A DNA stretch of 64,000 nt from NCBI GenBank assembly GCA_938084675.1, contig CALKGM010000012.1, positions 12,678 through 76,677 on the forward strand, written 5' to 3'. Made by a program: the position numbers and the translations under genes. Shown here one piece after another: positions 37,700-47,528 of this stretch. The notes beneath the pieces were generated by a model that saw only the letters and a list, made by a program, of their open reading frames with translations, had not been told where the DNA came from and made no database searches. How positions within the stretch are numbered: position 1 is the stretch's first letter; each line of letters starts with the position of its first letter. The stretch comes from Candidatus Poseidoniaceae archaeon (GTDB taxonomy: Archaea > Thermoplasmatota > Poseidoniia > Poseidoniales > Poseidoniaceae).

Positions 37700-38233
37700 G
37701 TGCCGCAAGGTTTGAGGGGTCCCGTGACTGAAATCGCCACGAAGTCTTTTGTTAGGGCCCAGGCTTCACAAGAGATTGCCTCAAACTACGCTCAGTTAGA
37801 AGATGCGGAAGTTGTTGCATTGGTGCTGGCCGAACATAAACCAAGTGCGAATGCCTTTATTCGTGGAGTTTGGATCACTGCCGGCAGTTTGTTTGTTGCG
37901 TTTGCTGGAATTGGTATATTCCTCCCTGGCTTCCCAACCACTTCATGGCTCGTAGCAGCGGCTTATTGTTACGGGCGTTCGTCCCAGAAGTTGTTTCAAT
38001 GGCTACTCACCAATCGGTACTTTGGAGGCCCCCTACTCGGATATTACCGGTCGGGTAAAGCCCTACCATTTCACTCAAAAATTGTGATTTGTGGGTTAAT
38101 CGGATTTGTGTCTATTTCATCTATTTGGCTCGTTACAAAGGCAGGAGATCCCGGTTTCGGGCAAGCTACCATCTTCATCGTTGCTGTGCTTGGCATATGG
38201 TGGGTTGGATGGCGTGTTCCAACAACCACATAA
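37700..38233 (+). CDS. DUF454 (YbaN-like) small membrane protein
   Basis: GIGIFLPGFPTTSWLVAAAYCYGRSSQKLFQWLLTNRYFG matches the YbaN family core. The GTG start in the track is possibly over-extended. Confidence 0.55.
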   Translation: MPQGLRGPVTEIATKSFVRAQASQEIASNYAQLEDAEVVALVLAEHKPSANAFIRGVWITAGSLFVAFAGIGIFLPGFPTTSWLVAAAYCYGRSSQKLFQWLLTNRYFGGPLLGYYRSGKALPFHSKIVICGLIGFVSISSIWLVTKAGDPGFGQATIFIVAVLGIWWVGWRVPTTT

Positions 38234-38411
38234 TCACTCGACTTGGAAATCATCATACCGCTTTGCGGCATTCTTGCCCGCATCTATGAAGAACATCGGG
38301 AAGATTCCATGAATGATCAGTTGCACTGAACTCAGGCCAAAGCGAAATGACAGGCGAAACGCTCTCAATAAATGTTCAAAATATGTCATTCCAACGTCGT
38401 CTAAATGTCCC

Positions 38412-38418
38412 AAAAAAA
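38412..38418 (-). terminator. oligo-T tract (T7 on the minus strand) ~20 nt downstream of the purH stop
   Basis: caaaaaaatt on the plus strand. Archaeal intrinsic termination commonly uses oligo-T. Confidence 0.35.
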
Positions 38419-38437
38419 TTCACCGCTCCACAAATGG

Positions 38438-40081
38438 TCAATGCCTGAATAGGCGGTGTCCTGTGAATATCATTGCTATGTTACGATTGTTAGCTTCATC
38501 AATGACTTCTTGGTCACGGATTGAGCCTCCGGGTTGAACTACGACGGCCGCACCTGCTTCCGCAGCTTGCTCCAAGCCATCTTTGAACGGGAAAAACGCA
38601 TCGGACGCAAGGACGCAATCTTTGGCTTTGTCACCAGCGCGCCGTGCGGCGATTCGTACTGCTTCAACCCTGCTCGTTTGGCCCGGGCCAATTCCAACGG
38701 TCGCTGTGCCTTGTACCATGACAATCGCATTTGATTTCACTTGCTCACAAACGCGTACTGCAAATTTCATACTGTCAATTTGTGACTGAGTAGGTTCTCG
38801 GTCAGTAACCGTTTTTGCTTCAGCCCAGTCGATGATAGGTGGCTCTTCGGTTTGAACTAACATTCCCCCTTCGACTGGTTTGCGAACAAGGATTCGCTCC
38901 AGTGGAGCCAAGCGGTCTTGGGGTGAATCAATGGTAAGGAGGCGGCGGTTTTTCTTTTCCATCAAGAGAGTTTTTGCTTCAGGTAAAAACGCGGGTGCCA
39001 TCAAGACTTCCACGAAGAGGTTACCAATCGACTCGGCCGTTTCAAACTCAACCGGTTCGTTGAAGCAAATAATGGAGCCAAATGCAGATTCTGGGTCGCT
39101 GGCTAGTGCCATATCAAACGCTTCTTTCTGAGTTGCTGCTAGAGCAGCCCCGCACGGATTATTGTGTTTCACGATAACGCATGCGTGGGGAGTTTGTGGC
39201 CATTCATCTGTTGAGAGTGAGCGGCAAAGGCGGAGCGTTGCATCAGCGTCAGAATAATTGTTGTACGACATCGCCTTACCCCCTTCAACCCGTGCTGTCA
39301 CCAGCGTAGAGTGTTGGCCTGAGTTCAACGGGTCAACATACAAGCCAGCAGCCTGATGTGCATTTTCACCGTATCTGAGAGTATGCATGAGGTGTGCTGA
39401 CGATAGCATAGTGGAGGGTAGGCGTTGACGTTGCTCGTTAACATCAGAGTAGGCAGAAGGATCTCCAATGAAGCGTTGATGGAGTTCATTGGCGATCGCT
39501 GAATCGTATGCTGCTGTATGTTGAAAGGCTTCAAGGGCAAGTTCTCGGCGTAGTTCCATGCTGACCTCTGTCACTTCTTTGGCTTCTCCGATTGCTTTCA
39601 GAAGGCTTTGGTATCGCTTTGGATTTGTTGCAATCAAGACATGTTGATGGTTTTTTGCGGATGCTCTGACCATCGTAGGGCCGCCAATATCAATCATTTC
39701 CAAGAGAGGATTGTCTTCCATGGGCGGATCTTGTGCTGCAGCATTTGAGAAGGGGTAGAGGTTGCATGCTACAACGCGAATAGGCGAATATCCAAGCCGT
39801 TCAAGTTCTGCTCTATCATCATCATTATGAAGACGTGCAAGAAGGGGCCCGTGAATTGCTGGATGAAGGGATTTGACTCTCCCGTCAAAAATTTCTGGGT
39901 GGTTGGTAAGGTCAGAAACATGGAGAACTTCAAGGCCTGAATCCCTGAGCATTTTTGCGGTCCCACCTGTGGAAACCAATTCAAAACCGAGTTTTGCTAA
40001 TCCTGTAGCAAATTCAACGATTCCTGTCTTGTCCCAAACACTGAGTAATGCACGGGGTCGGGATGATTCTGTACCGTTCAT
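38438..40081 (-). CDS. purH: bifunctional AICAR transformylase / IMP cyclohydrolase
   Basis: 547 aa. N-terminal MGS-like domain (ALLSVWDKTGIVEFATGLAKLGFELVSTGGTAKML...GRVKSLHP) plus the C-terminal AICARFT domain. Confidence 0.95.
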   Translation of the reverse strand: MNGTESSRPRALLSVWDKTGIVEFATGLAKLGFELVSTGGTAKMLRDSGLEVLHVSDLTNHPEIFDGRVKSLHPAIHGPLLARLHNDDDRAELERLGYSPIRVVACNLYPFSNAAAQDPPMEDNPLLEMIDIGGPTMVRASAKNHQHVLIATNPKRYQSLLKAIGEAKEVTEVSMELRRELALEAFQHTAAYDSAIANELHQRFIGDPSAYSDVNEQRQRLPSTMLSSAHLMHTLRYGENAHQAAGLYVDPLNSGQHSTLVTARVEGGKAMSYNNYSDADATLRLCRSLSTDEWPQTPHACVIVKHNNPCGAALAATQKEAFDMALASDPESAFGSIICFNEPVEFETAESIGNLFVEVLMAPAFLPEAKTLLMEKKNRRLLTIDSPQDRLAPLERILVRKPVEGGMLVQTEEPPIIDWAEAKTVTDREPTQSQIDSMKFAVRVCEQVKSNAIVMVQGTATVGIGPGQTSRVEAVRIAARRAGDKAKDCVLASDAFFPFKDGLEQAAEAGAAVVVQPGGSIRDQEVIDEANNRNIAMIFTGHRLFRH

Positions 40082-40158
40082 GCAGGAGGCCCGTTATCGT
40101 ATTGGCCCCGTCCAATGCTCTTGAACATAGCGCAAGGCCACATTGGCTGAGTAGGAGG

Positions 40159-41748
40159 TCAATCACCGCGGGCCGAAATCACTTGGTCGACTCGCAGTAG
40201 CCCACAGGCGGTTTCAGTAGCGGCCTCGATTCCGTGCAGAAGTGTCTCCGTTGGCGCCCATGCCTGTTCAACAACTTCAACTGAGCCAGAAGGGCCAATA
40301 CCGGATTCGTAATTTCCGTTTCGATGTGCTGAACGAAGAGCAAGTAGGGTGTCCAATTGGTCAACGCCCGCATTAGTTGCGAGGGTGGAGGGAATTGATT
40401 CAAGCGCGCGAGCAAAGGCTTCCATTGCTAATCGTTGACGCCCAGATTCTTGCTCAGCTGCTTCCTTGACCGCAAGAGCAGCGGCCATTTCCGCACTTCC
40501 CCCTCCGCGCACAAGGGCATGCGTTTCCATCACTTGGGCGGTTGACCTAAGGGCGTCATACAAGCCACGAATGACCTCTTCTGCCGCCACTCCATCGCCA
40601 CCTCCAACGTCAATCGTTGCCAGGCCCGCAGAGTCTCCAAACCTCATGCAAAGTCGTTCTCTCCGACCGTCTAAACTTTCGCTTGTTTCAATTGTCAAAT
40701 GTTCAAAGGTACCGAGAGATGCTTCTGTAAGGTCGTCAAGGTGGTCGCACATTGAAGCGCCGGATGCTTGGGCAATATCTTCAATGCCTGCTCGCTCAAG
40801 CCCGCCCAAAACAAAACATCCTGCATCGGTGAGGGCGTGGAAGATGCTGGGTTCAATGGTTTCCGCTGAGAAAATAGCAGAAGCCCCGGTGTCTATTATT
40901 TGCTGAATTTTTTTCTTTAAAATAGCATCCTTAGCATCAACGAATGCCATCCATTCGTCGGCTGTTTCAACCTCGATATCAGCGTCCCTCGAAGATGTTT
41001 CATAATCGAGAGGGCAAGTGAGGGCGACTAACGTCCCTGCACCAAGGCGGCGAGGTAAACGGTCTAGAATCAGTGCCGTGTCCAAAATTAAACCGTCAAG
41101 AAGTCGAGAGTTCAGCAAATTGCCCTGGGTCCGCTTTGCCATCCGAATGTCTTCGTAATTGACTCCACCATCACTATCGGACACCGTTTGGAGCCCGTCT
41201 ACAACCAATTCTGCAAGGAATGTCCCCTCAATATCCGCAGCGGTACCGTTCATTGATGTCTTGGCAACATGGACAAGTTGCTCACGAGACAGGTCCCATT
41301 CACTTGAGCTGGCCTCTATGGATTTGCGTGTCACTGCCACTGCTTTGAGGTAGCCATCATTTAGAATCAGCGGATGCAAGCCACGTCCAAGCAATCGTCC
41401 GGCTTCTCTCATAAGTTCACTAGCAAAGATCATGCAACCTGTGACTCCGTCCCCACAAGCATGTTCTTGGGCTTCTGCAAGCTGAACGAAGGCTTTTGCA
41501 GCCGGGTGTTTGACAAGCAACTCTGAAACGATTTTTGCTCCGTCATTGGTTACAGCCGTCGTCCCGTTTGTTTTGTAAAGCATCTTGTCCAGGCCTTGTG
41601 GGCCAAATGTTCCACGCATCAAATCGCCAAAGGCTACTGCGGCTGTTACGAGTTTTTGTGTTACTCCCACGCCGCTGGTGACGGTGGTTGTTGGCCGCAC
41701 AATTGTAACGGGCGCGCGCCCGCTGCCGTCATTGTTCGCTTGAGCCAT
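40159..41748 (-). CDS. ths: thermosome subunit (group II chaperonin)
   Basis: 529 aa. GPQGLDKML, VTNDGAKIV, GGGSAEMA motifs. Confidence 0.9.
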   Translation of the reverse strand: MAQANNDGSGRAPVTIVRPTTTVTSGVGVTQKLVTAAVAFGDLMRGTFGPQGLDKMLYKTNGTTAVTNDGAKIVSELLVKHPAAKAFVQLAEAQEHACGDGVTGCMIFASELMREAGRLLGRGLHPLILNDGYLKAVAVTRKSIEASSSEWDLSREQLVHVAKTSMNGTAADIEGTFLAELVVDGLQTVSDSDGGVNYEDIRMAKRTQGNLLNSRLLDGLILDTALILDRLPRRLGAGTLVALTCPLDYETSSRDADIEVETADEWMAFVDAKDAILKKKIQQIIDTGASAIFSAETIEPSIFHALTDAGCFVLGGLERAGIEDIAQASGASMCDHLDDLTEASLGTFEHLTIETSESLDGRRERLCMRFGDSAGLATIDVGGGDGVAAEEVIRGLYDALRSTAQVMETHALVRGGGSAEMAAALAVKEAAEQESGRQRLAMEAFARALESIPSTLATNAGVDQLDTLLALRSAHRNGNYESGIGPSGSVEVVEQAWAPTETLLHGIEAATETACGLLRVDQVISARGD

Positions 41749-41798
41749 TAGAGCACCCCTGGCGGCTCAACTTCTTGAACCCTTTATTGCCTGGAGTT

Positions 41799-43892
41799 TC
41801 ACTTCTTCTTTGCCTTGTTGGCAGTGCCTGACTTCCTAGGAGCAGCTTTCTTTGCGTGTTTGCCAAGTTTGTGCATCTTCTGTGACTCATTGTGGGACCA
41901 ATGGTAGGCCATCTTCAACAACTTGAGGTAATGTTCATTGCCGTCCTTTACCATCTTGTCATGAAGGACTTCGTTGGTCATGAACACGTCGCCCCAAAGT
42001 TGTGCAGCGGTACCTTTGTCGCCCTTGGGCATGTCGAAAACTTCCTTGACTGTTGGGTCAAGGTATGCTCGCCAAACACGTGCTGGGTTGACCGCCATGG
42101 TAACTTCAACGATAATTTCGTTCTCGTTGATTCCAGTACCGGTTTGCCATGTGTCTTCACCGAGGTCAGCGAGGAATGGTAGACATAGGTCCTGAATCGA
42201 GAGGCTCGTCATTGGGTCAGCATTGGTTAGTGCGGCATATGCCTCACGCATGCGTCCACGGTCAGCGCCACGGGAGGCGGTTTGGAAGCGGAGCTTGTCA
42301 ATGGATGTTGGGACCAGGAAACGAACATCGGTATAGTAGACCAGTGGGTTATCATCGGACGAATTGAAGATGTGTTCAAACGGCGCAGGTCCTGCAGATT
42401 CTCCAAGTAAATCCATCGGATAAACGGTCTTCAAGGCGTTGGTGGCAACGGATTGAATGATACGGCGCATAAGGCGCTCGGGTGCTGCGGAAACATCGTT
42501 GAACGTATCGAGGTATTCTTGCATGTTGAGGATGTCATATCCACGGACGGAAAGAATAGAGTGAACGTTTGGTCCAATCACCTTCTCTCCATCGACTTCA
42601 GCTTGGCTAATCCATCGGGAACCTTTGGCTACATCTGAAGCAGCAACAAGGTCAGCGTAGGCCTTGAAACGTCGGGTGACTCGGTTCATGAAGTCGGCTT
42701 GGTCGAGTTTTGTGAACACGGTTGAGCCATAGTTTGACTTGAGTGCATGGTCAGCAACTTGGCTGGCGTTAGCACACGTCAAGAGGTTGCCTTGGTCGCT
42801 CGGATACATGATCAAGCGGCGACGCTTGGCTGCCCCACCAAGTGTTCCCACTTGCGGGTCAGTCAATATGTAACCAAGAGTTGCACAAACCTCGAAGAGG
42901 CGACTGTACTTGTCTTCATCGCTTGAGTTTCCAATCCATTCGTCGAGGCCAGGCTCAATGCAGTGGAATTCCAGGGGAACCATCTCCGAACCGGCGCCAA
43001 ATGCTTGGCGAACGGTAGAGGATTGCATCATTCCCATCATGGTGTAAAGAGAAGTTTTTCCTGTTGTCAGGTAAACGTCTGAAATTCCTTCTTCCCCAAA
43101 GGAAGAGCGACGGTCTGGTAGATTGACGAGGAGGTTGAACGCAGTTGCTGTTTCACGGTTTCCGTTAACAGCAGGCCAAATCCAAGTGTTTGGACGGGTC
43201 ATGAGGTAGCCGGAAGCGTCTTTTCCGAAACCAGCAGGTGAGTATCGAATCCATCCCAGTCGGTTGTTGAACGACACATTGCGGTGCATGAGCGAAGGAT
43301 AGTAAACTCGGTCAAGAGGGTCGGAGTCAGGTACCACTCCACGGTGTCCGAGTCCCCAAAGGATAACTTCCCACTCTGGGAAATCTTGTCCTTCCTTAGT
43401 GCCAAGAAGAAGGTGGTTATCGTTTCGCGTGTCGCCTTCAAGAATAGCTCCACCCATTCGCTCTTCGTCGCCTGTTGAGCAAAAGAAGAAGGTCTGGGTC
43501 GTGAACAATTGCTTTGGAGTCCACATGTTTGCGTTAATCACTGTTTTTTGCTTGAGATAGTCTGAGATGTTCTCAATTCGTCGTTCAAACTTGAAACGGT
43601 CGGAGTCAATCCAGGAAGATCCGAGAACGATATTTGTGTTCAGGAGTTTCGCTGATGCTGGTCCAATGTACCGAGTTCGTGCATCTGCGCGACTGTGGTC
43701 AGAAGCAGGGATTTCTTCCCAAGGACCTCTGCGAGGAATGTATGTCATGAACGTTACATCATCGAACTTATTGTCCTCTGCTTTTGCAACTACGGCTTCA
43801 ACTTCATCCATGAGCTTGACGTATGTCTCGCTCGGAAGGATGCGTTGTGTTTCTTTGTATGCTTTATCTGATACGCTACGATGTTCCCACAT
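41799..43892 (-). CDS. large hypothetical protein (697 aa) with Lys-rich C-terminal tail
   Basis: ATG start. No recognisable catalytic or NTP-binding motif by eye. C-terminus KLGKHAKKAAPRKSGTANKAKKK. Confidence 0.5.
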   Translation of the reverse strand: MWEHRSVSDKAYKETQRILPSETYVKLMDEVEAVVAKAEDNKFDDVTFMTYIPRRGPWEEIPASDHSRADARTRYIGPASAKLLNTNIVLGSSWIDSDRFKFERRIENISDYLKQKTVINANMWTPKQLFTTQTFFFCSTGDEERMGGAILEGDTRNDNHLLLGTKEGQDFPEWEVILWGLGHRGVVPDSDPLDRVYYPSLMHRNVSFNNRLGWIRYSPAGFGKDASGYLMTRPNTWIWPAVNGNRETATAFNLLVNLPDRRSSFGEEGISDVYLTTGKTSLYTMMGMMQSSTVRQAFGAGSEMVPLEFHCIEPGLDEWIGNSSDEDKYSRLFEVCATLGYILTDPQVGTLGGAAKRRRLIMYPSDQGNLLTCANASQVADHALKSNYGSTVFTKLDQADFMNRVTRRFKAYADLVAASDVAKGSRWISQAEVDGEKVIGPNVHSILSVRGYDILNMQEYLDTFNDVSAAPERLMRRIIQSVATNALKTVYPMDLLGESAGPAPFEHIFNSSDDNPLVYYTDVRFLVPTSIDKLRFQTASRGADRGRMREAYAALTNADPMTSLSIQDLCLPFLADLGEDTWQTGTGINENEIIVEVTMAVNPARVWRAYLDPTVKEVFDMPKGDKGTAAQLWGDVFMTNEVLHDKMVKDGNEHYLKLLKMAYHWSHNESQKMHKLGKHAKKAAPRKSGTANKAKKK

Positions 43893-43903
43893 TTTTCTTC
43901 ACC

Positions 43904-44548
43904 TCAAAATTTCTTTCTGTCTTCGGGGACCTCTTCGGCCTCCTCTGCGACTGCTTCTTCAACCTCGACTTCCGCCTCCGGTTGTTCTTGGACTGTTTCT
44001 TCTTCAACCGCAGCTTCCGCCTCTGGTTCTTCTTCAACCGCAGCTTCCGCCTCATCATCTTCGTCGTTGCTAGCATCGGGGTCTAGCATTTCAATCACGG
44101 TGTCTTCAGCTGTTTCCTTAGCGACCTCTGCGGCTGCAACGGTGGCTGCTTCCTCAGCCTTTGAAATCAAATCTGCTTCATCAACTCGTCCCGCAGTAGC
44201 CTGGTCAAGGATCATTGCTGCAGTGGCGACCATGGACGAATCAACCATGGGAGCGCCTTTGTAGATGTACTGGACGGCCAATCCGAGAAGGCCGAAAACG
44301 GCGCCTGAAGCCATAACCCATCCGCTGTTATTGCGCTGGGTGTCAGTGACGTCAATATTGGTCTCAACTCCGGTAACCGGAGGAATTTGCATATCTGTGA
44401 AGTAGGTATTTGTGAGGACTTCGATGACGGCCCAAACAGCGTAGAGAATCATGATAAGTGAAAGCCCATTGAGCCATGAACGGTTTTCAAGAAGGAAGGC
44501 AATTGCTCCGCTTTCGCTGTTTTCCTGTGGCGTTTCGTTGTCGGACAT
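43904..44548 (-). CDS. membrane protein with extremely acidic E/A-rich C-terminal tail (hypothetical)
   Basis: Start at ATG MSDNETPQE (track GTG start at 44584). TM helices, then DDEAEAAVEEEPEAEAAVEEETVQEQPEAEVEVEE. Confidence 0.45.
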   Translation of the reverse strand: MSDNETPQENSESGAIAFLLENRSWLNGLSLIMILYAVWAVIEVLTNTYFTDMQIPPVTGVETNIDVTDTQRNNSGWVMASGAVFGLLGLAVQYIYKGAPMVDSSMVATAAMILDQATAGRVDEADLISKAEEAATVAAAEVAKETAEDTVIEMLDPDASNDEDDEAEAAVEEEPEAEAAVEEETVQEQPEAEVEVEEAVAEEAEEVPEDRKKF

Positions 44549-44647
44549 GAGGAATCCTCTATCCGCAAAGGCCCGGTTATTCACTATTAAAGATGGCCCC
44601 GATATTTATCTTGTGCGCCCCCGAAGTGGCCTCTTTTCACTCTGTGG

Positions 44648-46030
44648 TCAACGTCTTGATTTCTTTCCTTTGTTCCCGCCTTTACGACGTGAGTTATCCC
44701 AGGCAGAATTGCCCTTTCCTTTGGCCCTCTTATCGCTCCTAAATGCATTTGGACGCGCAAGTGAATCAGGCATCTCATCAAACGATTCGATGCTGAGGCG
44801 AATCCCCCCGAGTTCGTCCTGAAGTTGTTTGACATTGTCTCCCCCGCGGCCAACAAGTGTTGCAATCATGTTTTGAGGGGCATAAACTGTAGCGGCACTT
44901 TCACTGCTGAATTCTACTTGGCAGTCCACTCCTACCCACTGGCGTATGTGTGAAGCAATCTGTTCTTTGGCTAGAGCCTTCAATGGCGACATGCCCTTCT
45001 TCGTTCCGTCGATGGGTACAACGGCAATTTCGGAGCCGAAAGCGAACATTTCATGGGTGATTTTCCCACTTGGAAATTCGATAACTTCAATGACGGGGCG
45101 TGCAAGCTCCTCTTGCATCCCTGTTGGGGGTTTTACTGTCATTCGCAGTTCGAGCACTTGTTGAATTGCCCCTGCCTCAACGTGGATGATGGTGTCAAGA
45201 ACTTGGCTTACGAGCCCCAGTTCTACCTTTCCAATCAATCGCTGGATGGCTTCCAATGCAGAATTTGCGTGGGTGACGCCCAACAGGCCAACTCCTGCGA
45301 GGCGAACATCGGAAAAAATTTCGAAATCTCGTGCACGGCGAACTTCGTCAAAGATGACAAAGTCGGGTCTCACGAGGAAGAGGATCTCAGCGGTTTTTTC
45401 AAGGTCGCCTTCCAACGGCGCATATTGTGTAATTCGGTCTGCAAGTTGCAGGTCTCTAGGAGCCTCCATTGTCTTGACCAAGGCGCCGACATCCGTGTCA
45501 AGATATTCTGCAATCGCTTGTGCAAGAGTTGTTTTTCCAGACCCTGGGCGTCCACAAATGAAGACTCCGCGATGGTGATTACTCAAACGGGTAATGAGGC
45601 GTTCATCGAGATTGTAATCTGAAATACTCAGTTTGGCAACAGGTCGAACCACTGTAATTTCACGTGCGTCTGAAAACGGTGGCCAAGCGCAAGCAATACG
45701 TAAATCGCCGAGCTGAATAACTCTGCATCCCTTTCGGTCTATTTCCAAAAAGCAGTCACTGCGGTGTCGGTTATCTTCTACTAACTCTGCTAATTCGTCG
45801 CTTAACGCTTCAACTCGTAGCGTATCCCAGTCGGTCCCGCTATCTTCTACTTCGACCAATTTGAGTTGTCCAATTGTTCCTCGTTTCACACGTGGCGGGC
45901 ACTCGGCTTTGAGAAAGACCGTGTGTACATCGTCTTCCAAAAGGGCCTCAAGAGCGTCGGGTAATGTTGGGTGATCGCCGAATGTAGCCATGATACTCGT
46001 GTTTAGGCCATCGGCCTCTGCCTTTGACAC
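44648..46030 (-). CDS. PIN-domain / PilT-like ATPase with C-terminal KH domain (archaeal COG1855-type)
   Basis: Walker A GRPGSGKTTLAQAIAEY, Walker B VIFDEVR, KH-like VGRGGDNVKQLQDELG, basic C-terminal tail. GTG start in the track; alternative ATG at 45991. Confidence 0.7.
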   Translation of the reverse strand: MSKAEADGLNTSIMATFGDHPTLPDALEALLEDDVHTVFLKAECPPRVKRGTIGQLKLVEVEDSGTDWDTLRVEALSDELAELVEDNRHRSDCFLEIDRKGCRVIQLGDLRIACAWPPFSDAREITVVRPVAKLSISDYNLDERLITRLSNHHRGVFICGRPGSGKTTLAQAIAEYLDTDVGALVKTMEAPRDLQLADRITQYAPLEGDLEKTAEILFLVRPDFVIFDEVRRARDFEIFSDVRLAGVGLLGVTHANSALEAIQRLIGKVELGLVSQVLDTIIHVEAGAIQQVLELRMTVKPPTGMQEELARPVIEVIEFPSGKITHEMFAFGSEIAVVPIDGTKKGMSPLKALAKEQIASHIRQWVGVDCQVEFSSESAATVYAPQNMIATLVGRGGDNVKQLQDELGGIRLSIESFDEMPDSLARPNAFRSDKRAKGKGNSAWDNSRRKGGNKGKKSRR

Positions 46031-46076
46031 TTCGCATGAAAGACAACAGGAATATGCAGTTAGCGATACAACGTTT

Positions 46077-46472
46077 TCAGTTGCCGTTGGGTTGAATCAT
46101 AAACCCTGTGAGCCAGAATGAGCCGACAAAAGCGAGAGACAAGATATAGGCGCCAACGGTTGGAAAGGCCCACATTGAAACTGAAACTTGTGCGAAAACA
46201 ACGATGCTGGCAACAACGGCAATCATCTGCCACGGTCCGTTTCCTTGCAGGTGAAGTGTTGAAGTCATGACTTCACGCTCAGAGAGCCCCCATATCAATC
46301 CGGTAAGAGCAGATAGGGCAATGAGTGATTGCATGCCTGCTGTAACGGTTCCTTCAAGGTACCAAACACCCAATGAAGCAACCAAGGTTGCGGCAAACAT
46401 GCGCTGGACGGTTGTAAAAGCAAGTCCCATGATGAAGGGCAAGTGCTGTTGATTTTTGAATACTCGCAACAC
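46077..46472 (-). CDS. small membrane protein (hypothetical, 4 TM)
   Basis: 131 aa, hydrophobic throughout. Confidence 0.4.
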   Translation of the reverse strand: MLRVFKNQQHLPFIMGLAFTTVQRMFAATLVASLGVWYLEGTVTAGMQSLIALSALTGLIWGLSEREVMTSTLHLQGNGPWQMIAVVASIVVFAQVSVSMWAFPTVGAYILSLAFVGSFWLTGFMIQPNGN

Positions 46473-46493
46473 CTTGAATGGTTTTGAGGTGGT

Positions 46494-47405
46494 TCAATAC
46501 TGATTCAAATCTCGGAACCATTGATTCAATGTAAGAAGGTCTTCTGCATTGGGATAAATCGTGGGGGTTCCTGATTTCACGCCTTCAAGGAAGAACATCC
46601 ACTCGTGGTAGAGTGGGGAGTTGATGTTGGAAAATTCAACCTTTTTCAGCAGACCAGATTGGTCCAGATGCATCTCTGGGTTTGACCCGAACGTTAACTT
46701 AAGGCGTCCATTTTGGCCAATTAATATCAGTTCACGGAGTTCAGACTCTGCATTCCAAGAAACATCGATAACGAGGCGCTTCTGTTCCGCACCTCTTGTA
46801 TCAAGGAGCATTTCATCCGGTAGATGCTCAAAGACTTCGGGGGCGGCCTTTGCCATTTCCTTCATTCCGAAAAAAAGTGAAAGATCAAAGCCGTGGATCG
46901 CCAGTGTTTTCATCGCTTCAGCGCCATCAGGGCGGTCTCGTTTTGTCCGGCGCCGGTAGTGAAGTTCGCGCAGTACCCCAATAACTCCGTCGTCCAATTG
47001 TTGTTTCATCGCCATCACGCCCTGATGATGGCGTAGGAGAAAACCCGTAACCAGCGTATTGTCCGAGTTTAAAGAATTTAGAAATTCATGTTCATCTTCC
47101 AAGCGATCGCTCAGGGGCTTTTCTACGAAAATTGGAATCGTTCTTGCAATGCCCTTTGATGCAAGTTCAAGGTGAGAGGTTGGCGGGGTGACGATAGCGA
47201 TGCAGTTCACCACTTCAGCTCCAAGCATATGCTCAAATTCGGTGAAGGATGCATCGACGTGTTCCGATAAATCTGTGAGTTGGTTGGAGTCAAGGTCGCA
47301 AACTGAAATATGATTCACATGACCTTCTTTTTTCAATTGAATAAGGGTTTCAAGGTGGCGTTTGCCCCATCTGCCGTTGCCTACTAATCCCACATTTACC
47401 TCCAT
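46494..47405 (-). CDS. Gfo/Idh/MocA-family NAD(P)-dependent oxidoreductase
   Basis: N-terminal VNVGLVGNGRWGKRHLETL Rossmann motif. 303 aa. Confidence 0.7.
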   Translation of the reverse strand: MEVNVGLVGNGRWGKRHLETLIQLKKEGHVNHISVCDLDSNQLTDLSEHVDASFTEFEHMLGAEVVNCIAIVTPPTSHLELASKGIARTIPIFVEKPLSDRLEDEHEFLNSLNSDNTLVTGFLLRHHQGVMAMKQQLDDGVIGVLRELHYRRRTKRDRPDGAEAMKTLAIHGFDLSLFFGMKEMAKAAPEVFEHLPDEMLLDTRGAEQKRLVIDVSWNAESELRELILIGQNGRLKLTFGSNPEMHLDQSGLLKKVEFSNINSPLYHEWMFFLEGVKSGTPTIYPNAEDLLTLNQWFRDLNQY

Positions 47406-47528
47406 GGAATCACCTCACTCGTAACTACAGGGCTCAAACGATTGGCCTTGAAGGTTCGTTTTCACTAATTTAATGGAAGTGGGCATTGAAGTGAGAGATG
47501 GTTACTCAGGGGGTGTTGATGTTCTTCT

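Noticed and set aside
41799-43892. Annotating the 697-aa protein as a viral major capsid protein or tubulin-like GTPase
   Set aside because: No GGGTGSG-type tubulin motif, no P-loop, and no recognisable capsid signature by eye. Retained as a hypothetical protein with a speculative note only.
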